NCBI RefSeq assembly: GCF_000012905.2
Contig: NC_009007.1
Coordinates: 65,018 to 90,931 of the forward strand
Reading direction: 5' to 3'
DNA length: 25,914 bases
Source of the DNA: Cereibacter sphaeroides 2.4.1
GTDB lineage: Bacteria > Pseudomonadota > Alphaproteobacteria > Rhodobacterales > Rhodobacteraceae
The notes beneath the pieces were generated by a model. It worked only from the letters and a program-made list of their open reading frames with translations, did no database searches and was not told the origin of the DNA. Every line of letters starts with the position of its first letter. The first letter of the stretch is position 1. Below are positions 16,554-23,543 of the stretch, one piece after another. The position numbers and the translations under genes are program-made.

Positions 16554-17285
16554 ATGAAAGTGATAACCGCTTACAGTCACAAAGGCGGAACCGGGAAGAC
16601 CACGGCGTTGATGATGCTGGCGTCCGCCATAGAAGCCCGAGGGCAGTCCGCACTATTGGTAGACTGCGACCCTCACCAGTCCTTCAAGGCTTACGAGACC
16701 CACAGCAAGAGCACGTCCCCGGCTATCTGGTCCGACAGGATGGACGTGATCTATCTGCACTATGAGGCGACGAAGGTCGCTGTCCTTGAACAGACGCTTC
16801 TCGACGCTGATGAGGGGGGCAGGTTCGACTACTGCCTCTTGAACCTCGCCGGGGTAGATCATCCCTTCAACCGCCACGTCCTGCGCTATGCCGAGCTGAC
16901 GCTCCTGCCGTTCGCGCCTGCGGCGCTCGACATGATGGAGCTGCCTGGGGCGCTTGATGTCCTCAGACAGCTCGGTGACCAAGGCGAGGTAGGGCAGGCA
17001 CGCGTTCTTTTGACAAAGATGCGCTCAAAGATGACCAGCGCTCAGACCGGCTACATTGACGCCGTGTTGGCCGGTTTCCCTGTGATGAAGACCCAGATCC
17101 GCGAAACGGCTGTCTTGGGCGACATTGTGATGCGAGGCCTTTTAGGAAAGGCCATCGCCGCGTGGGAGCCGGAGGCGAGCGGCCTGCAAAAGATGGAAAT
17201 CGCCCGTCTCCGCGAGGCGCTGGAAGAGTGTCAGGCACTGCTGGCGGAGGTCGATTCAATCATTGAGCTTGGAGAAGCGGCATGA
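16554..17285 (+). CDS. parA: ParA-family partition ATPase (no N-terminal HTH, type Ib-like)
   Basis: MKVITAYSHKGGTGKTT is a deviant Walker A motif. GGAGA lies 5 nt upstream of the ATG at 16554. The 151 codons upstream in the track ORF are translation of the repeat array. Confidence 0.9.
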   Translation: MKVITAYSHKGGTGKTTALMMLASAIEARGQSALLVDCDPHQSFKAYETHSKSTSPAIWSDRMDVIYLHYEATKVAVLEQTLLDADEGGRFDYCLLNLAGVDHPFNRHVLRYAELTLLPFAPAALDMMELPGALDVLRQLGDQGEVGQARVLLTKMRSKMTSAQTGYIDAVLAGFPVMKTQIRETAVLGDIVMRGLLGKAIAAWEPEASGLQKMEIARLREALEECQALLAEVDSIIELGEAA

Positions 17286-17842
17286 AGAACAAAGGCCTTC
17301 TTACTAGGGCAGGGGGCTCGCCTTTATCCTTCCGCAAGGATCCGGTGCCAACGGATATGCCCAATCGCATAGCGGCTGACGCCTCGGCCGCTCCTGTCGT
17401 TGCGGCAGATCAGCCGGAGATTGCTCGGGGCGAGACAAATCCTGTCGGAAAAGCACCTCGCGCCACCCCAACGCCACGGCGGCGGCAATCGCCATCGTCG
17501 GAGGACAAGGCCCCTCGCTACACGCTCCGCCTGACCGTGGAGGCGAAAGTCCTCGAGGAGCTCGATCGCCTTCTCGGCGACATGGACGACAAGAGTCGCA
17601 TCGCTGCGAAAAAGGCTCTGGTTCGCACATTCGCTTCCCAGGTGGCCGAAAGGACGCCGAAGAAGGCCGAATATGTGCCCACGGACCCCGTAGTCTATCG
17701 CATCGACCTGAAAATCCCGGACAGTCTGAGGGCGGCCATCTTGGCCGTTGAAGGCGCCAATCCCCTCGAACCGGCGGGCACCGCACTGTCCCGTAACCTG
17801 GCGCCCGTCTTCGCTGCTTTCGTCCGCAAGCTGGGAAAGTAG
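17282..17842 (+). CDS. Partition partner protein (ParG/ParB-like), putative ribbon-helix-helix centromere binder with a disordered N-terminus
   Basis: ATGA overlap with the parA stop. The segment PRYTLRLTVEAKVLEELDRLLG has a beta-strand then helix pattern typical of RHH proteins. The assignment comes from position and pattern only. Confidence 0.6.
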   Translation: MKNKGLLTRAGGSPLSFRKDPVPTDMPNRIAADASAAPVVAADQPEIARGETNPVGKAPRATPTPRRRQSPSSEDKAPRYTLRLTVEAKVLEELDRLLGDMDDKSRIAAKKALVRTFASQVAERTPKKAEYVPTDPVVYRIDLKIPDSLRAAILAVEGANPLEPAGTALSRNLAPVFAAFVRKLGK

Positions 17843-17942
17843 ATAACCGCAAATGAAGCGACGGGGCCAAGGTAGCCTCACCTCGGCAGCCCCGTCACAT
17901 CTGATCCAGGCGTCCCACGTTTGTCTCTATGGCGCATCGGGT

Positions 17943-17975
17943 GAGCCGTGAGACACCGCAGGTGCCTCACGGCTT
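17943..17975 (+). other. 33-nt stem-loop (14 bp) downstream of the par operon; possible terminator without a U-tract
   Basis: GAGCCGTGAG a CACC gca GGTG c CTCACGGCTT, read directly. Confidence 0.3.
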
Positions 17976-18165
17976 GCCCCTCGGCGAGAGCGGGGGGGAG
18001 GGGTCAAGGGGCCGCGCGGAGCCGCCCGGAGCCACGCGCAGCAAAGCGAGCATGGCGAGGACGGCGAGCACGGCGGGCGCTTGCGCCCCTTGCCCTTGAC
18101 CCCGATGGGGGCGGAGCCCCCCTGACGGCGCGCGTCTGCGCGCCATGCTCCTCACCACGGCGAAG

Positions 18166-19621
18166 CCACGCTGGCCGCCCACAATCTCGCCTGCGATCCC
18201 GGAGGGGTGACGGCGCGGCAGGTGCCGACGTGCCGGAAGGGCCGAAGGCCCCTAGGCTCGTCGGTGCCTGACGCGGCGGCGCGCCGGAGGGGAGGGCTCG
18301 TGCCACGCCGGCCGCCCGCAGATCTCGCCCGCAATCCCGGAGGGGTGACGGCGCGGCAGGTGCCGACGTGCCGGAAGGGCCGAAGGCCCCTAGGCTCGTC
18401 GGTGCCTGACGGGACGGCGCGCCGGAGGGGAGGTCTCGAGGCACGCCGGCCGCCCGCAGATCTCGGCCGCGATCCCGGAGGGGTGACGGCGCGGCAGGTG
18501 CCGACGTGCCGGGAGGGCCGAAGGCCCCTAGGCTCGTCGGTGCCTGACGCGGCGGCGCGCCGGAGGGGAGGTCTCGAGGCACGCCGGCCGCCCGCAGATC
18601 TCGCCCGCGATCCCGGAGGGGTGACGGCGCGGCAGGTGCCGACGTGCCGGGAGGGCCGAAGGCCCCTAGGCTCGTCGGTGCCTGACGCGGCGGCGCGCCG
18701 GAGGGGAGGTCTCGAGGCACGCCGGCCGCCCGCAGATCTCGCCCGCAATCCCGGAGGGGTGACGGCGCGGCAGGTGCCGACGTGCCGGAAGGGCCGAAGG
18801 CCCCTAGGCTCGTCGGTGCCTGACGGGACGGCGCGCCGGAGGGGAGGGCTCGTGCCACGCCGGCCGCCCGCAGATCTCGGCCGCGATCCCGGAGGGGTGA
18901 CGGCGCGGCAGGTGCCGACGTGCCGGGAGGGCCGAAGGCCCCTAGGCTCGTCGGTGCCTGACGCGGCGGCGCGCCGGAGGGGAGGGCTCGTGCCACGCCG
19001 GCCGCCCGCAGATCTCGCCCGCGATCCCGGAGGGGTGACGGCGCGGCAGGTGCCGACGTGCCGGAAGGGCCGAAGGCCCCTAGGCTCGTCGGTGCCTGAC
19101 GGGACGGCGCGCCGGAGGGGAGGGCTCGTGCCACGCCGGCCGCCCGCAGATCTCGGCCGCGATCCCGGAGGGGTGACGGCGCGGCAGGTGCCGACGTGCC
19201 GGGAGGGCCGAAGGCCCCTAGGCTCGTCGGTGCCTGACGCGGCGGCGCGCCGGAGGGGAGGTCTCGAGGCACGCCGGCCGCCCGCAGATCTCGGCCGCAA
19301 TCCCGGAGGGGTGACGGCGCGGCAGGTGCCGACGTGCCGGAAGGGCCGAAGGCCCCTAGGCTCGTCGGTGCCTGACGGGACGGCGCGCCGGAGGGGAGGG
19401 CTCGTGCCACGCCGGCCGCCCGCAGATCTCGGCCGCGATCCCGGAGGGGTGACGGCGCGGCAGGTGCCGACGTGCCGGGAGGGCCGAAGGCCCCTAGGCT
19501 CGTCGGTGCCTGACGCGGCGGCGCGCCGGAGGGGAGGGCTCGTGCCACGCCGGCCGCCCGCAGATCTCGGCCGCGATCCCGAAGGGGTGACGGCGCGGCA
19601 GGTGCCGACGTGCCGGAAGGC
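18166..19621. repeat. Tandem array of a 138-bp unit, about 10.5 copies, non-coding
   Basis: The phase marker CCCGGAGGGG occurs at 18198, 18336, 18474 ... 19440, with a variant CCCGAAGGGG at 19578. Spacing is exactly 138 bp with no indels. A degenerate remnant extends back to about 18119. Confidence 0.95.
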
Positions 19622-19711
19622 CCCCGCGGATCTCCGCTCGGCGTCCGGCTCTGGTCGTGCTTCCGCTTCCGGGATTTGGTGGGCGGGGCCTTTGCCCCGC
19701 CCGGTGGTTCC

Positions 19712-20575
19712 TCAGCCTGCCTTCAGCTCGGCCATGCGCTCGGTGAGCATCCAGAGCGCGCGGTTGAGGCCGCGGGACTGGTCGATGCCGGCCACCTCGC
19801 GGACGGTCTGGCGGCGGAAATGGCCGCTTTCGGTCCGGGTGCGGCCGCGCATCCCTCCGCGCAGGGTGTTCTCCTGCACCACGTTGAAAGCGGTCCACAG
19901 GTCGGTGGCGCGGTCGGTCGAGCGCCGCGGCCGCAGGAGCTCGGCCGGCGTGATCGGCGCTTCCTTGCCCTCGGCGGTGCCGGGGAAGCGAAGGCCGTGC
20001 GCGGCTTCGGCCAGGATCTCGCGCTCCCGGTCCTGCAGCTGGATAGCCTTGAACCGGTCCACCTGCTCGGTCACGCGGGGGGCCTCCTCAAGCACGCGAT
20101 AGGCGCCCTCGATGACTTCGCCAATGGCATTGCCGCTATGGCGGACCTTCACCTCGTCGAAGGTCTCGCCGCACATGAGGCCGTTGGCGCAGACAAACCG
20201 AAAGAACCCCGGGATCATCTGATAGGCGCTCGTGCCGTCATTCGCGTTGACCAGCACGATCTCGAACGCCTCGCCCTCGGCATTGACGATGCCGCGGTGA
20301 CGCAGGCGCAGCATGTGCTTCGTAAACTCGGCCTTGCCCTCGACTCGGGTGCGGGCCTGCTGAGCAAAGAACGGTTCGAATCCTTCCGCGCGCAGGCCAT
20401 CCAGCACGGTGACGGTGGGGACAGGAGCGAACCGGGCGCTGCGGCTCTCGTGAGCCTCGGTCGCAAAGATCGAGGGAACGCGCGCCATCAGCTCGTCATT
20501 CGTCAGCGGCTGATCGCCCCGGCTGTAGGCCGCGCCGCCGTTGCTCATCCCGCGCATATAGAAATGATAGCTCAT
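19712..20575 (-). CDS. DUF932-domain protein (common in plasmid and ICE transfer or leading regions)
   Basis: PLTNDELMARVPSIFATEAHESRSARFAPVPTVTVLDGLRAEGFEPFFAQQARTR....FTKHMLRLRH matches the DUF932 N-terminal signature. AAGGAGA lies 5-6 nt upstream of the ATG. Confidence 0.9.
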   Translation of the reverse strand: MSYHFYMRGMSNGGAAYSRGDQPLTNDELMARVPSIFATEAHESRSARFAPVPTVTVLDGLRAEGFEPFFAQQARTRVEGKAEFTKHMLRLRHRGIVNAEGEAFEIVLVNANDGTSAYQMIPGFFRFVCANGLMCGETFDEVKVRHSGNAIGEVIEGAYRVLEEAPRVTEQVDRFKAIQLQDREREILAEAAHGLRFPGTAEGKEAPITPAELLRPRRSTDRATDLWTAFNVVQENTLRGGMRGRTRTESGHFRRQTVREVAGIDQSRGLNRALWMLTERMAELKAG

Positions 20576-20894
20576 CGTCGTCTCCTTCGGTGCGCAACGG
20601 TGGGGTCTTTGCCCTCATCCGCCAGTGGGGCGCGGCCTCTCCGATCTGACCTCTGGAAAGCACCGCGTGCTTTCCGGAGGACAGAGCGGGGAGGGCGAAG
20701 CCCTGCCTGCGGCCACGGGGCCGGATGAGACAGGGGCCGGTGACGGGGAAAATTGGGGGGCACCCGCGCGGGCTCGCCCGCGTGGGGGGAGCCGATTTTC
20801 TCCGGCGCCGGTGACGCGCCCCAGGCGCGGCATCACAACCCCTGTTCAGCCGGAACCGGGGATGTCAGGCGGATCCAGCACCTGCAAAAAGTGT

Positions 20895-20947
20895 CGCGCC
20901 GCTCCCGCGGCGCGTCCTTGCCAACTCGATCCGCGCCTTCGCGGATC
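20895..20947. repeat. Diverged partial third copy of the two-hairpin 5' part of the 202-bp element
   Basis: CGCGCCGC-tccc-GCGGCGCG is followed 13 nt later by GATCCGCG-cctt-CGCGGATC TCCA. The second hairpin arms and the TCCA are identical to those in the copies at 22243 and 23321. Confidence 0.5.
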
Positions 20948-21643
20948 TCCATCGACCTCACCGCATCGAGGAGAGCTGCAGCCCGATCGGCAAGGCCCGC
21001 GCTCTCAGCTCGCCCGCGCGAGGATCGTCACCCGAATGGGCGGAGACAGGGCGTCCTATCGGACCATGCACGGCTGCGACATGACCGGCTCGGAGAGACG
21101 GGCAGGGCGCCCGCCGCGCAGGGACGAGAGGGCGTCATGGCTCCGGTCCCGGCCGCTTGCGGACGGGACTAGAGCCGTGCCCCGGCTACGCCGGGGTCGC
21201 GCCCAGACATCCCCTACATGCGCAAGGAAATGCCTCCTGCCTAATCATCACTACATGCGCCTATCCGAATACATTAAAGTGTCCGCCCCTGAGAAAGAGG
21301 TAAGGAGCCGGAGTATCAAGTCCCATCTACTAACCGTCTGATACCAAATGACTAATTCAAGGCAGCCACCAAGTATAGCGTAAATGCCAACGGACTGAGG
21401 ATTGTCGGTCAGCCGGGTCAAGCAAACAATCTTCGTTCGCAGGCGCCAACTGGTGGATAAATCTTGGGCCTCGTGTTTGACCGTAAAGTTTCCGAGGCTG
21501 TATATCTGGCACGTCCACTAAAAGGACGCGGCCCGCTCTGCCCTGGCCGGCAGGCGGGCCGCTCGATCTCGACGCGGGCCAAGATCAGGTCACGAGTTAT
21601 GTCTGACACAGGCCCGCACCTTCGTAAACTGTTAGGAGGTGTC

Positions 21644-21802
21644 ATGAAGGCATACCAAGCGAAGCGGGCTCGGATCCGCTTTAACAATCCGATGACGGGC
21701 TGGGCGATAGACGCCGAGGGACACGCAGCCATCTTTGGCGTTATCGTCATCATGACGGGGCCGCCGCTCATCGCCATGGCGTTGAAGCTCCTCCACCCGT
21801 AG
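21644..21802 (+). CDS. Possible 52-aa membrane peptide (MKAYQAKRARIRFNNPMTGWAIDAEGHAAIFGVIVIMTGPPLIAMALKLLHP)
   Basis: AGGAGG lies 5 nt upstream of the ATG. It has one hydrophobic helix and is followed by a 10-bp-stem hairpin. The upstream part of track ORF 21464..21802 has no support. Confidence 0.35.
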   Translation: MKAYQAKRARIRFNNPMTGWAIDAEGHAAIFGVIVIMTGPPLIAMALKLLHP

Positions 21803-21820
21803 CAAAGGCACAGCGCAATC

Positions 21821-21846
21821 GTCAGCCCGGCTCCCGCCGGGCTGAC
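21821..21846. terminator. GC-rich hairpin between convergent genes (GTCAGCCCGG-ctcccg-CCGGGCTGAC), no T-tract
   Basis: A perfect 10-bp stem, read directly, located between the 21644..21802 (+) and 21872..22162 (-) ORFs. Confidence 0.4.
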
Positions 21847-21871
21847 CCTGCGACAAACAGCGGGCATTGGA

Positions 21872-22162
21872 TCAGCGCGCTGAAAGGAACCACAGCCGCT
21901 CGGCCGGGATGAACTCGGCAACATCCGTCCAGCCGAAGGCACGCTCCGATATAAAGTCGGCCATGGCCAATAGGACGTGCGCCTCAACCTGCGGCCGGCT
22001 CGAGCAGGGTGCCCAAAATTGCCCGGCGAGCACACGACCGTCTGGCAGAACGTGAGCTCGAGCGCGGATTGGCGGCTCGAGGATGAGCACCTCGTGCTCG
22101 CTTTCACTCACACGGTCCACGATGACATTCTGCTCCATGGCGGGACGATCTCCCATGGGCAT
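21872..22162 (-). CDS. Hypothetical protein (the start may be the third Met at 22138)
   Basis: An ORF with GC-rich third codon positions. GGAGA lies upstream of the Met at 22138. No family was recognised. Confidence 0.45.
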   Translation of the reverse strand: MPMGDRPAMEQNVIVDRVSESEHEVLILEPPIRARAHVLPDGRVLAGQFWAPCSSRPQVEAHVLLAMADFISERAFGWTDVAEFIPAERLWFLSAR

Positions 22163-22210
22163 TTAGATGACGTTACGGCGGGCCATATCGCCGGCGGCAC
22201 GACCCTTTTA

Positions 22211-22412
22211 CAGCGCCGCGCGGAGCGCGGCCGGAGTATCTTGATCCGCGTCCTCGCGGATCTCCACTGTCGGCGCCCGTCTTATCCAGCCCGCCATGGC
22301 CTTCGGCCGTGGCGGGCCCTGCAGGTGCGGAGCTGAACGCAGCAATCACGCGGCGCAGAGAAGCGGAGCACCTGTGGGTAAGACGGGCGCCGCGGCCGAG
22401 AGCTCTCGGCCG
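22211..22412. repeat. 202-bp structured repeat, copy A
   Basis: It aligns without gaps to 23289-23490 (constant offset of 1078) with about 10 mismatches. It contains at least four hairpins and a 17-bp long-range stem. Confidence 0.9.
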
Positions 22413-22654
22413 AGCGGCGGGCAGAAGGAACTTATCTGCCTGCCCGTCCGCGCGCTCGTGTGGATCTCACGTCGACGCGGGATGCGGCCGGAGGCCGCGA
22501 TCGCTCGCGGTCGATACGGGTCCGGCCTGTGCGTCATCCGGCCAGGCCATAGCGGCAATCCGAAGCGCGCGCGCTGAGAAAACGGGACGGCCCGAGCGTG
22601 ACCCATGCTCATTCTCGGCATGCAACAGGACGGCTTGATTGCCAAGAAGGGCGT

Positions 22655-23203
22655 TTAGACTAGTTGAAAGCCGAAGGCCCTCCTCGCGTCAGGGTCTCCC
22701 CAGCGCGAGTCGAGGTAGTTATTTAGCAGTCGATAAAGTAGCTCGTGAACAAGGTGGATGTCTGTGGAGGCCGATCCGTCAAAGCGGCAGATCACGGTTT
22801 CCCCGCTGATCCTCACTTCTACGTTTCCAGAAGCACGCACGCACTCGACCTTAGCTTGCACAATCTGCTTAGGAAATGCGTTCGGTGCCGGCTCCAGAAC
22901 AATGCCCAGACCGAACTCAAACGTGCCATCGCTGCAGCTGACGACGGCATCGTTGAAGGCGTCTTCGTCACTGATAGTTCCATCGGATCTCACACGGTAG
23001 AGCGGCACATACCGGTGATACGTTGTGGTGCCATCCCTTTTAGCCTCGTAATACTTCGGCATACCGAGAAAATTCTGCAAACCGTTTGCCACGAGCGCTG
23101 CGAACCGGTTGTTCTCCCGCACAAACTCACGCGTGGCCTTCTCCCGTTCGCAGAATTTTTGACGGATAATCTCGTATTTCGTCCCGCTCTGCTCGTCACT
23201 CAT
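22655..23203 (-). CDS. Hypothetical 182-aa protein, lower GC than its surroundings
   Basis: A clean ORF whose codon usage is visibly richer in A/T-ending codons than the backbone genes. It is bracketed by the two 202-bp repeats. No family was recognised. Confidence 0.6.
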   Translation of the reverse strand: MSDEQSGTKYEIIRQKFCEREKATREFVRENNRFAALVANGLQNFLGMPKYYEAKRDGTTTYHRYVPLYRVRSDGTISDEDAFNDAVVSCSDGTFEFGLGIVLEPAPNAFPKQIVQAKVECVRASGNVEVRISGETVICRFDGSASTDIHLVHELLYRLLNNYLDSRWGDPDARRAFGFQLV

Positions 23204-23288
23204 CGTCCGTAGCCCTTGTTATCCCGGTTTACGTTGGTCAGTTTACTGTTCCGCTTGGGCACTGTCACCGTTCGCACCCGCCCGATTG

Positions 23289-23490
23289 CAGCGCCGCGCG
23301 GAGCGCGGCCGGAGTATCTTGATCCGCGTCTTCGCGGATCTCCACTGTCGGCACCCGTCTTATCCAGCCCGCCATGGCCTTCGGCCGTGGTGGGCCCTGC
23401 AGGTGCGGAGCTGAACGCAGCAATCACGCGGCGCAGAGAAGCGGAGCACCCGTGGGTAAGACGGGCACCTTGGCAGAGGGCTCTCTGCCG
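23289..23490. repeat. 202-bp structured repeat, copy B
   Basis: See copy A. This copy is in direct orientation. Confidence 0.9.
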
Positions 23491-23543
23491 CCGCTGCCAC
23501 TGGACGGGGTGCCGCGTGCAGCTCCTTGAGTGCGGCATCGTTC

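Noticed and set aside
16061-19621. Possibility that either repeat array is a CRISPR locus
   Set aside because: Both arrays are pure tandem repeats without unique spacers. The unit sizes (8/32 bp and 138 bp) and architecture do not fit repeat-spacer organisation, and no cas genes are present.
18004-20102. Three long ORFs (514, 382 and 631 aa) across the 138-bp array, which could be read as Pro/Ala/Arg-rich repeat proteins
   Set aside because: The period is 46 codons, so the absence of stops simply propagates. The starts lie inside repeats with no unique N-terminus or RBS, and variation between units is mostly non-synonymous. The + frame ORF also runs on antisense to DUF932.
20625-21341. 238-aa and 139-aa plus-strand ORFs upstream of DUF932
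   Set aside because: Their Arg/Pro/Gly/Ser-rich composition, mutual overlap in different frames, lack of an RBS and dominance of hairpin repeats make them more plausibly non-coding.
21418-22107. 229-aa minus-strand ORF spanning the small-peptide gene, the hairpin and part of the 96-aa ORF
   Set aside because: It runs through an intergenic hairpin and overlaps two better-supported ORFs. Its composition is Ser/Arg/Pro/Cys-rich and unprotein-like.
22281-22288. TTATCCAG, a near DnaA box, inside both 202-bp repeats as evidence for an origin there
   Set aside because: It departs from the TTATCCACA consensus, lies within the long-range stem, and has no adjacent AT-rich unwinding region. The perfect box plus AT-rich stretch inside repC is the better origin candidate.
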